A DNA stretch of 64,000 nucleotides from the NCBI GenBank assembly GCA_010909165.1, contig MU008196.1, forward strand, positions 620,001 through 684,000, given 5' to 3'. A program made the position numbers and the translations under genes. Numbering within the stretch: position 1 is the stretch's first letter; every line of letters begins with the position of its first letter. Source of the stretch: Anthoceros angustus (taxonomy: Eukaryota > Plantae > Anthocerotophyta). Positions 12,419 to 23,539 of the stretch are shown here, piece by piece. The notes beneath the pieces are model-generated. The model did no database searches and was not told where the DNA came from. It saw only the letters and a program-made list of their open reading frames with translations.

Positions 12419-13212
12419 ACCTCAATATCTATATTACATCTAGAGAAATTTGATGATCATATATATATATAGAATATTAATAATCCTTACAAAATATCTA
12501 TCCATATATATATATATATATTAATAAATAGTATACTATATATATAATATTATAAGATAACATATATGACTTCGGTATGAAAAATAATCTATATTAAAAA
12601 TATCATAATATGTATTTTATCTTGATAACATGGATAAAATAATTGCATGAAAAACATTATGATTACCTTGTGACAAACATTCCTCAAGAAGAATGTTATT
12701 TCATGTAAGAACCTTAAAACATCCATAGAGGTATGAACATATGATAAATACGTGGATTAAAAAAATTAATTTTATTCAGCCTATATCAGAAAAATTATCA
12801 TGTTAGTATGAACTATATGCATATGCAAGCCATGTGAATTTTGATATCTTAATTTACTAGTAAAATTATACATAAAAATATATGTGATGTATTTTTACAC
12901 ATATATAATATTCAATATACTAATATTCAGTTACTCATGGTTACTTGTGACATACATATGGACTCCATATAAAATGTTACTATATGTAAACTACATGGTA
13001 TCATCACAGGATATGACTGAGACTCATATAAAACACATCATGACTTAAGAAGTGTATTTATGCATACAATTCATATTATCACATACAAATATCATATCCT
13101 ATAAATGTGGAGTTATTATAAAATAATATCACATTAGAATTATAGGAAAAGTATATGATAACTATAAACTCAAATAATATAAAGATTTTATATTTTTTTG
13201 TATATTGTGGAT
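12419..13212. mobile_element. AT-rich non-coding insertion, possible non-autonomous TE body
   Basis: Abrupt AT-rich block that truncates coding fragments on both sides and begins at the hairpin. Confidence 0.45.
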
Positions 13213-13558
13213 TCCATATGGTTACGGTATGAAAAACGTGGCCCTTCAGTTTTGTGATGCTGCTCAGACTTGCGGCAGCTGTCTTCTGTGAGTTTGCCAT
13301 CCCTGATTTCCCTCCTGCCCCAACTCCCTTCATTGTGCTCACCTTCGCTGATCCACAGGATCCTGAAAGTTCAGGGCCGTGTGCCCCTCCAACATCCGGC
13401 CCAGCGTTACGTCTTCCAACGTGAGCGCCCTGAATTGGAAGGGTCCTTTGCAGGGCTGCTCTGCCTTCTTCGCTTTCGATTTCTTCTGACACCATTGCCC
13501 TGCTCACAAGCAACCAGATGCATACGGTGAGACACCAAATCTCCCTCAAGCAACGCAA
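13213..13558 (-). pseudogene. 5' fragment of a putative secreted or membrane protein gene
   Basis: Signal-peptide-like REIWCLTVCIWLLVSRA followed by a G/S-rich linker. The reading is cut by the AT-rich block. The start codon and family are unidentified. Confidence 0.3.
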
Positions 13559-13874
13559 AATAGGTTAGGCGTGACGCGCACCTCCACAAACACTCTGAAT
13601 GGCGCCTGCAATGACCTTCAATCCTGCACAGGCGGCTTGGAAGAGTGCAATTCACAGGCCTTCCCAGGTTTCGCAGGTGGAGCGCAACTCGCTGCCAGCT
13701 GAATGCAGTCCAGACACTGGTGAACGCTCCATTACGGGGAAGGAAAACTGCCTTATAAAATGCCAGGGCAAGGGTTAAATAAGGCGGTAGACGGTAATCG
13801 GCACCGTCTTTGCCAGGTGTCTGTTTTTCCCCTAACCCTAATTTGGTGTAGCAGCTAGCTTTGCCACCGTTTTA

Positions 13875-14318
13875 TTAACATGGTGGCCCATGTTTTTTAA
13901 CCGTGGTGCACTTGGCATACATTAAAGCCTTCCCGATCCCAAACGGCAAAAGCCGCAACTTTAATGACCGATTCTGAATAACAACGGCGTCGGATGATAG
14001 GTAAATCTTCTCCGCAAGTGAGTGCTGGAAAGATGCGACGCCGAGGCATCCGTGCACTTGTTCTGCTATGTCTAATACTATTGTGCCTTCCGGCCCATGT
14101 TCCTCCTTGTTCACGGTCGCACGTCCCTTGCACCATGCTCCACTCCACCCATACCGATGAAGACACAGAGGTAATTTTCATAATATGCGGTAGCCTCCTG
14201 CTCATAGTCCTGGTCTCCTACTGGAACATTGTTCCTAATAGTGGGTGTCATGCGCTCGACTAGTGCGTATGGCGGGAACTTGACCGCATCGGGAATGCCT
14301 CGCTTTGACAAAGATACC
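13875..14318 (-). pseudogene. Orphan ~145-aa coding segment with one frameshift
   Basis: ORFs 14111-14311 and 13875-14114 abut and read as a globular protein. A TAG acceptor-like site lies just upstream. No family recognised. Confidence 0.3.
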
Positions 14319-15019
14319 TACATGTAGATGAAAGGGGCATTCAGCGATCTATAGGCCAAACGCGCCCGCAAGCTTTGACTGCCACTAAGGCACCGGGTTT
14401 TCAAATGCTCTTTCTAGACAATCTGTGTGAATCAGAACACAAGCTTATGTAGACAAGCTGGACTTTAGACTTCGCTGAAGCATGCGGATGCCCAATGGTA
14501 ATCGTTGTAGATGACGATGTGCTTCACCTTGTTCTCGTGGAAAATCGTATGCAGGCTCAGGATGGCGAAGGACTCATAACCATTCTCGTGCCCCCCCCTA
14601 TGTGCCGCCGACGCCTCGGAACATGAACTTGTATGCGGCTATGGAACTTAGACCCGGAGGGACGAGGCGATGTCGCCCGCCCGCAGAAGTCAGAAATCAA
14701 CATGCCATGCGAGGTCTGTTTCGCCCTCAGGGTGGAGTGTTGGGTGCATTGGGGGAGCATGATATTGCTGGCGATGGCAACATTCCCCATCCTCCCCGTT
14801 CCCCTCCTAGACTGCATCGTGCGTATCATCCGAAGCCAATGTCGGAGACAATGCAGGCTGGGAGCGACCTTGGGTTTTGGTTGCAGAGGCGGCGCGCGGC
14901 TGGTGTCTCCTTAAAGAAGACTGAGGCGGACACGGTTCTGCTAGACTTCCGGAAACCGTGTTGCAACAATTCATGTATCCAACAACTTTCGAGGGAGGGT
15001 TTCCAAGAAGAGAGGCAAA

Positions 15020-18000
15020 GGTTTCTTATGATTATGAATTGGAAGGAGATGAGGATGAGGCCGAGTATGGACCCTCGGATGAAGAGGATGGCCCTATCCC
15101 GGAGCTGCGTGGCCAAACAGATGACGAATTGTCGGAGGAGGATGGTGATAACCGGGTTGAGGAGGACAGAATGCAGATTCCCTCCATGCTGGCGCCAACT
15201 GTGCCTTACAATCCTGCCGAAGACATGGGTCGTAGCCAAGCTGGGGAATTGCCTGCCGGTGGGGAGAACACGCAGTTGGGCACCCCTCAAGCAGCTTGGT
15301 TTATATCCGGGTATGAAGGCATGGGAGGAGAGGAAGGGCGCCGGCATGCCGGTGCCCATCCCGCCTCCCGCCGCAGAAGGCGACATCCCAAAGACTGGGG
15401 TGTGCACCACGCAAGAGATCGCCAGAGGCCACCGGATCAAGCCGGACGGCCTGAATGAGTGGAGGGCGCCGGCATGCCGCCTCACTGCCATGGGGATGAG
15501 GAGGGCGCCGCATGCCGGCGCCCGCTGCCCCTGGGATGCAGAGGAGGCGTCGGCATGCCGGCGCCCGCAGATGGTGGCGCCATGCCGCCTCACCGCCCAT
15601 GTGGATGTGAGGCGGGCGCCGCATGCCGCCTCACCGCCCATGTGGATGCAGAGGAGGGCGCGGCATGCGGCGCCCATCTTCATCAAGATGGTGGAGGCGA
15701 TCGGGAGTACTGAAGCGGAAGGCATCACCGCGCTTGGTATGGGGGGCAGGTTGCCAAATGTGGAGGCCGAAAGAGATTTGAGGAGGAAGAAAGGCAAGGT
15801 GAGCTGCAGATACCAACGATATTCCGACTATGCATGTTGCGACTGATGGGGAGAGGCTGGAGGCCTCCATCCAGGATGAAGATTATTTGCGGAATATCGT
15901 AGAGTTCGATACGCCAAGAAAGTGGTTCGAAACAGCTTCAAATTAGAGAATTTAAGGCCTGCATCCTTTCTTACTCCAGATGCTTAGATTCGGATTGTGG
16001 ACGAGGCATGGACCAACTACCGCTCGAGTTATTTTGAAAGGTAGAGTTGAGGAAGGTGTGTCGCTTCACTATGCATGATTGACCCATCGGATCGCAACAT
16101 ATTCAATCTATAGATCGGAATAAGTTTAGAGCCAAGAAGTATGTGATGGGAGTGCTCGGGGCAATCACACCTATGCAACGATGAAGCATCCGCATATATC
16201 TCCATCGAAGGCCAGATTCCAATGGATGGAAGCCATGACTATTGTGGGCTCACTTTACAGGAGATGAGGGTTCTGGCCACAGACCACAACACCATGTCTG
16301 ACAAACGGAGGAAGATGACTTTCATTTAGCAAGTTCGGTATTTGCGAGATGAGTTGTAGATAGCAAAAAGAGATGGAGTCAATATGAGCATGAACTGGAA
16401 GTTCAACATGTATAAGGTGCTGGGCTTGATAGATGATGATGAGGCCAGAGAGGATGAGCAGTACAAGCAAAACAAGGTCGACAATCGCACACATATCCTT
16501 TGCATCGCCAAACTTGAGGGGAGAGTGTGGGAAAATGTCGATAAGATATTCACAAAGTGGGAAGCCATGGAATTGCTGTAATAAGCCAAACATGTTGTCA
16601 GGAACAAGCAAAAGAGCAAGGGGAAACGGAAGACTTCGGATGAGGCGAAGTCGGTGGACCAAAGTTTTGTGAAGCCAAAGGACATGCAAGGGAAGCCTTG
16701 GCGAAGTTTTCAGGGTATTCCACCGGGTGAGACTGGCCAAAAGATGTTGATCAGTGTCACTGAGAATGTCCTTACAAGTCTCATAGACCTCAATGGTATG
16801 GCCAAGGAGATCACTCTTCGGAAGAAACTACATGTGATACAAGTGGCTATGGCAAAGCATCTAGGCTGCGATTCATTCGAGATGGTGAGGAAGGAATACC
16901 TGGTGCACTCAACGGATGAAGTCATTGCGATTTCACCGTCAAGGGAAGGTGAGTTTCTGCTCTTACCAAGATAGAACTATTGGAGGGCGCCGATGCCGAT
17001 GCGCCTCCCTTTCCCTATTGTCCCCAATCGACTTTTGGCAACCTCACTTGTTTTGTGTTATTTTGCAGCAAGTTAAAGATGTTGAAGACCAAAAGCTACC
17101 GTAAGATTTCCGTGCTTTTATATTAGAGGTCCACACATGGAAAGGGCTGGAGGATGAGCAGAGGGCACTTGGACATGGACATGGAGGAAGGGCTGCAATC
17201 TTTATCGTGCCCAAAACAGAGGAGTTAGTAAGTATCAAGTGGTGCGCAGAGATGTGGCGTAAATGAGAGGGTTTCTTTGGAGTCAAGTATACAACGCGGT
17301 GATGGATGTCCCTGGATTCAACAAGGGAAGTATGATGTCAAACTTGAGCAAAAGAAATGGCAAACATATTTCATTCCTTCCATGATATGACAATGTGCGA
17401 CGAGATCGTAATGATAGTAATGCATGGTGTGGAAGAGCTCCATATTGTGAGAGTATGAGGAAGTGGTGTGGTGGAGGAGGCATGGTCTCATTTGTTTGGG
17501 ACAAAACTAATATGCACAATGACCAAGGAGGCTTTGACATTGTGGAGTACATCATCGGGGGTGTGACCGCACGAGCAAGACGACAAAGGTATCCATGCTG
17601 CCGAATACCTTGCAGGGCTCTTTCAATAATGGGCGAGCAGTTATTGCACATGACGCTGTGGTTAAGAAGTTATTATACATGTCGCTAGACAAGTCGGTTG
17701 TTTCCGCGTATCAGAGGCCACTGGGTCTAATAATGAAGTTGATAAGGAACTTCTCCAAAGAAGGAGATTGGATATTAGATGCATGTGCAGGGAGTGGAAC
17801 AACGACATTAGCGGCACTCCTTTGTGGCCGAAATTGCATTGCTGTGGAGGTTGACAAACGCTGTGCAGAGTTCATTCCGCAAAGGATTCATGGCTATGAA
17901 GTTTTACCGGACGCAGAGGAGGAATTGACCCATGAGCCACACCGCCGAGGCCCCACCCAATTCTGGGCAAAAGAATTGAGCTTGTCCGAGAAGGATGCAT

Positions 18001-18277
18001 CCCAGGCCCAGGTAGTCCCACTTGGGTTGAGCAGGATGAAAGAGAAGACTGGAGATCTTCTAGATGATCGCCAGCAAACCTCGCATTGTGGCATCCTGAC
18101 TATTTGGAGAAGAGCAAGGAGGATGCGAACGATATCGCCGGAAATGCTATGGACGAAAACGACAATTTTGAGGATCCCGAGGATGCTCGACTCCAAAGGA
18201 TGGAAGTTGTGTTAGATAGCGTGTCAGGACAATGCCCTCCGGAGCCACAGTCTCAAGCCGAGAATCCCCCTTTGTAG
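15020..18277 (+). pseudogene. Acidic N-terminus + ParB/Srx-like domain + beta-class N6-adenine/N4-cytosine DNA methyltransferase, degenerate
   Basis: ParB-like: IRIVDE...GVLG(G)NHT (~16150-16170)...GLTLQEMRVLATDHN...KMTF. MTase: VMDVP-GF (17299-17319, motif IV-like), FVWDKTN...VEYII, YQRPLGLIMKLIRNFSKEGDWILDACAGSGTTTLAALLCGRNCIAVEVD (motifs X/I/II). GT-AG intron at 16949-17068. Stops and frameshifts are present. Confidence 0.85.
17595..17930 (+). CDS. SAM-binding C-terminal half of the N6_N4 methyltransferase domain (open segment)
   Basis: ORF 17595-18215 contains QRP..LI..FS..GDWILDACAGSGTT..AA...GR..IAVE. Confidence 0.9.
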
Positions 18278-18869
18278 GGAATTAAGTCTAGTTTACTTTT
18301 GAAAGTACTATAACCTGCATGGTTAGAACTTAGATAGGGCGCCGGCATGCCGGCGCCTGATATGCCTCCTTCTTTAACTATGAGCGCTATTTTTATTTGT
18401 TTTGTCAGGGATGATATCTGTTGCCGGCTCCAAAATATCCATAGAGCACGTTTTACGCCTTAAAGACATTCGTCATGCACCGTACCAGAGGTCCTAAATG
18501 CACCAACATACTCATATTCGTGTGAAAGCACCAACAAAATAGGGATGCGCATGATCTAAACCACTAAACTTGCAGACAACCGGACTGTATAGGGAACCCA
18601 AATCCGTCCCGGTCCAAAGCGGTCTGATATTCCGGGTTCAAATATTATGGTGTTAAGAAGGCGTTCCCAATGTTGGAGGAGCTAGTCTTAGAGGTGGGGA
18701 CGAAGTGGCGGCGTGGGTCGGGGTCCCCGGCAGTGGTGGACTCCTTTCATTTGAGGCATGGCCTACGGTTATTGTGTTGTCGGTGTCGTTGTAGGTCAAG
18801 AGTTGGCGAATTTTGAGGCAGTGCAAGTGGTGCAGTGGCATAGAGGAAAGTTAGATGGCGCCTTGCTTG

Positions 18870-19630
18870 TTTGGACAAAACTAATATGCACAATGACCAA
18901 GGAGGCTTTGACATCGTGAGTACATCATGGGTGTGACCGCACGAGCAAGAAGACAAAGGTGTCCATGCCGAATAGGTGGCTCTTTCAATAATGGGCGAGC
19001 GTTATTGCACACGACTGCGTGGTGAAGAAGTTATTATACATGTCGCTAGACAAGCGGTTGTTTCCGCATCGAGGCCACCGGGTCTAATGATGAAGTTGAT
19101 CAAGAACTTCTCCAGAGAAGGAGATTGGATATTAGATGCATGTGAGTGGAACAACGACATTAGCGGCACTTTGTGGCCGAAATTGCATTGCCGTGGAGGT
19201 TGACAAACGCGTAGTTCATTCCGCAAAGGATTCATGGCTATGAAGTTTTACCGGACGCAGAGGAGGAGTTGACCCATGAGCCACACCGCCGAGGCCCCAC
19301 CCACCTCGGGCAAAAGAATTGAGCTTGTCCGAGAAGGATGCATCCCAGTGTAGTCCCACTTGGGTTGAGCAGGATGAAAGAGAAGACTGGAGATCTTCTA
19401 GATGATCGCCAGCAAACCCTGTCTGCATTGTGGCATCCTGACTATTTGGAGAAGAGCAAGGAGGATGCGGAGGATGCGGTCGATATCGCCGGAAATGCTA
19501 TGGTCGAAAACGACAATTTTGAGGATCCCGAGGATGCTCGACTCCGAAGGACGGAAGTTGTGTTAGATAGCGTGTCAGGACAATGCCCTCCGGAGCCACA
19601 GTCTCAAGCCGAGAATCCCCCTCTGTAGGG
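18870..19630 (+). repeat. Second partial copy of the methyltransferase C-terminus
   Basis: Repeats ~17495-18280 with indels (…FSREGDWILDAC…, …QAENPPL). Confidence 0.9.
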
Positions 19631-20584
19631 AAGTGAGTCTAGTTTACTTTTGAAAGTACCATAACGCATGGTTAGAATTAAGCGCCGCATGCCCTATGCC
19701 TCCTTCTTTAACTATGAGTGACATTGTTATTTGTTTTGTCAAGGATGATATCCGCTGCAAAATATCCATAGAGCACGTTTCACACCTATAAGACATTCGT
19801 CATGCACCGCAGAGGTCCTAAATGCACCAACATACCCACATTCGTGTGAAAGCACCAACAAAATAGGGATGCGCATGATCTAAACCACTAAACTTGCAGA
19901 CAACCGGACTGTATAGGGAACCCAAATCTGGTCCCGGGTTTCCGAAAGCGGGTTCGTATATTCCGCCGGTTCAAATATTATGGTGTTAAGAAGGCGTTCC
20001 CAATGTTGGAGGAGCTAGTCTTAGAGGTGGGGACGAAGTCGCGGCGTGGGTCAGGGGGTCCCTGGGCGCCCGTGGTGGACTCCTTTCCGATGAGGCATGG
20101 CCTACGGTTGTGTTGTCGGTCGTTGTAGGTCAAGAGTTGGCGAATTTTCGGAGCAGTGCAAGTGGTGCAGCTGCTGTAGAGGGAAAGTTAGATGGCGCCT
20201 TGCTTGTTTAGGGGGCTGTTGTGAGAAGGTGTAGGCAACAATCGATCTCTCAAAATCCGGCAATTCACGGAAGTCTCATGGGACGAAACCCAACGTGCTA
20301 AGCGACAGTGGGATAAGTGTGGCCCCTTGATGGTGAATCTCGGAAGCCCGGATTTTCCTCCCACATGAGGATAAGTTGCGCACTTTAGTTTGAAAGTATC
20401 ACCGCAAGCCCGAGTGTCCGGAAACATTTCTAGAGTTGCAAGCGTTGGTATTTGCTCAATGACAAGCGTGGGAGGCTCTTGCGAGCTCAATGCATCGAAA
20501 ACGATTATGTGGATGGTTTGAACGGACCGCAGCTGCCTGTGGTCAAACCGAGCTTCTGGCGATGATGAGGAGGAGTTGTTAGCT

Positions 20585-21240
20585 CGACATCGAGCAAGAA
20601 GACAAAGGTGTCCATCTTTGAATACCTTGCAGGCTCTTTCAATAATGGGCGGTTATTGCACATTGGTGAAGAAGTTATTATACATGTCATCAATGGTTGT
20701 TTCCGCGTATCGAGGCCACGGGTCTAATGATGAAGTTGATCAAGAACTTCTCCAGAAGGAGATTGGATATTAGATGCATGTGCGGAGTGGAACAACGACA
20801 TTAGCGGCACTCCTTTGTGGCGAAATTGCATTGTGGAGGTTGACAAACGCGTAGTTCATTCCTCAAAGGATTCATGGCTATGAAGTTTTACCGGACGCAG
20901 AGGAGGAATTGACCCATGAGCCACACCGAGGCCCCACCCAGTCGGGCAAAAGAATTGAGCTTGTCAGGAAGGATGCATCCCAGCCAGTAGTCCCACTTGG
21001 GTTGGCGGGATGAAGAGAAGGCGGAGATCTTCTAGATGATCGCCAACAAACCTGTCTGCATTGTGGCATCGACTATTTGGAGAAGAGCAAGGAGGATGCG
21101 AACGATATCGCCGAATGCTATGGTCGAAAACGACAATTTTGAGGATCCAGGGATGCTCGACTCAAAGGATGGAAGTTGTGTTAGATAGCGTGTCGGGACA
21201 ATGCCCTCCGAGCCACAGTCTCAAGAATCCCCTTGTAGGA
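20585..21240 (+). repeat. Third partial copy of the methyltransferase C-terminus
   Basis: Repeats ~17570-18280 with many indels. Confidence 0.88.
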
Positions 21241-21354
21241 ATTAAGTCTAGTTTACTTTTGAAAGTACTATAACTGCATGGTTAGAACTTAGATAGGCGC
21301 CATGCCGCACGATATCTCCTTCTTTAACTATGAGCGCTATTTTTATTTGTTTTG

Positions 21355-22380
21355 TCGGGATGATATCATTGCTCCAAAATATCCATAGAGCACGTTTCAC
21401 GCCTTAAAGACATTCGTCATGCACCCGTACGGAGGTCCTAAATGCACCAACATACTCATATTCTGTGAAAGCACCAACAAAATAGGGATGCGATGATCTA
21501 AACCACTAAACTTGACAACCGGTGGGATAGGAAACCGTCTGGTCCGGGTTTAGAAAGCGGTTCGTATATTCCGCCGGTTCAAATATTATGGTGTTAAGAA
21601 GGCGTTCCCAATGTTGGAGGAGCTAGTCTTAGAGGTGGGGACGAAGTCGCGGCGTGGGTCAGGGGGTCCCTGGGCGCCCGTGGTGGACTCCTTTCCGCTG
21701 AGGCATGGCCTACAGTTGTGTTGTCAGTGTCGTTGTAGGTCAAGAGTTGGCGAATTTTCGGAGCAGTGCAAGTGGTGCAGCTGCTGTAGAGGGAAAGTTA
21801 GATGGCGCCTTGCTTGTTTAGGGGGCTGTTGTGAGAAGGTGTAGGCAACAATCGATCTCTCAAAATCCGGCAATTCACGGAAGTCTCATGGGACGAAACC
21901 CAACGTGCTAAGCGACAGTGGGATAAGTGTGGCCCCTTGATGGTGAATCTCGGAAGCCCCGGGATTTTCCTCCCACACATGAGAGGATAAGTTGCAGACT
22001 CCTTTAGTTTGAAAGTATCAGCCTGGCAAGCCTGAGTGTCCGGAAACATTTCTAGAGTTGCAAGCGTTGGTATTTGCTCAATGACAACGTGGGAGAGCTC
22101 TTGCGAGCTCAATGCATCGAAAAACAGTATTATGTGGATGGTTTGAACGGACCGCAGCTGCCTGTGGTCAAACCGAGCTTCTGGCGATGATGAGGAGGAG
22201 TTAGCTCGACATCGAGCAAGAGAGCGTGCATGGTTAGGAAAAGCACAAGTGGATGAGTATTTTGATCCAGAAGATGCCGGTGTGGCTGCTATGTTGGCTA
22301 CAGGAATGACAAAGCACGACAAACCATCTAAACCTCAACTCCAAGACAACATGTTCAGGCAGTTTTATGGTCGGTTTTAT
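21355..22380 (+). pseudogene. Orphan downstream exon/ORF of the MTase-bearing element (partial copies at 18409-18870 and 19743-20585)
   Basis: Follows a polypyrimidine-AG acceptor. Protein-like pieces include RFKYYGVKKAFPMLEEL, LKIRQFTEVSWDETQRAKRQWDKCGP and DEEELARHRARERAWLGKAQVDEYFDPEDAG. Confidence 0.45.
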
Positions 22381-22490
22381 GGAATCTGAATGCCCAAAGT
22401 GGTGCTCCGATTTTGTCAGCACATTTTGTCGCAGCACCAACTTTTGGCCGAGGGGCCATTTGCGGCTATTAGTTTTATTTCCTTATTGCA

Positions 22491-22624
22491 GTTAGGGCGG
22501 ATTTGGCTACTGGTTAAGGCCTTTGTTTAGGTCCATGCCTTGTTTTGAGCCATTGTAGTACAGGGCTCCTAATAGTTTGCTAGCTTTGTGTGAGTCATCA
22601 CTACTATGCGGCTATGGCGCAACA
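22491..22624 (+). repeat. ~135-bp direct repeat, copy 1
   Basis: GTTAGGGCGG...CTATGGCGC, matching 30019-30152. Confidence 0.9.
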
Positions 22625-22654
22625 GTTGTCATGGCACATAGACCTTATGTCAGC

Positions 22655-22838
22655 ATGGATAGGCATGTGGAATATATGCATGTGTGTATGTAGTATGTAT
22701 GGATGTAAGTACATATATGTGGCATGCATATATGTGTAGATATATGTATGTGATATTTATACATGTGGCATGCATGTATGTGTAGATATATGTATGTGGT
22801 ATTTATACATGTGGCATGCATGTGTGGTGTGTATGTAT
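22655..22838 (+). repeat. AT/GT low-complexity repeat (CATGTATGTG-type)
   Basis: Visible degenerate tandem repeats. Confidence 0.8.
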
Positions 22839-23539
22839 GGGTGAGGGTCAAGTCATTTTGGACAAGCAAAACGACAAGTGTAGTTAAGGCGAATGGCGGC
22901 TCCTTCCATGACTCACGGATTGAAGCGTGTGTTTTCTCAAAATCAAAGCAAGCCATTAAGAGATGGCGGTGCCAAGCAATGGGATTACAAAAGCGAGACA
23001 ACTGGAATGTCACGGATTGTTGATATTTGTTTCATGAGGAACGACCATACATCCCATTCTCTTCTTCCGTGAGCTCTCGGAGTGGTGTGTCGATACACTT
23101 GCCCATGCAAGAGGCAAGTCGATTTTGCCATTTTGGCTATTAGTTTAGTTTCGTTAGCATGTTTGTGGAGTATCACATGTGTCCTAACCCTTCTCTGTGG
23201 AATGAATGAATTTTTTGTTTTGGTGTCTTAGTATAGCGGAATGCTTTGGAATCGTCGTAAGACCTTTTATACGGAAAGAGTCCTTGGCCCATGGTGATAA
23301 TAATATTTTCTTGTCCTCGGGTTTTGACCACAGTTAGGAAGGTTAGATATAGGGTCCTTGGGTTTTGGTAATTTTAGAAATAAAAAGTGTCTATATATGC
23401 TAGGTGCGTACATTTTGCCACGATTCGATCAAGTGGGAGGTGGCTAGTTCCACCACGGTGGCGGAGGCAGGCGTCTGGACAGGGGAGTTCACAACCCTAG
23501 TGGCGGGCGGGCGCATCAATCGGGCCTGGCGAAGAAGAA

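Noticed and set aside
14826-15797. 323-aa minus-strand ORF
   Set aside because: It is an antisense shadow of GC-rich palindromic repeats.
16991-17016. DAPPF as the methyltransferase catalytic motif
   Set aside because: It lies within the predicted intron and derives from the GC palindrome. DVP-G at ~17305 fits the motif spacing better.
15020-18277. Bacterial contamination as the source of the MTase
   Set aside because: It has a spliceosomal-type intron and a eukaryote-like acidic N-terminus, and it is embedded among plant genes and TEs. Read-level confirmation is still needed.
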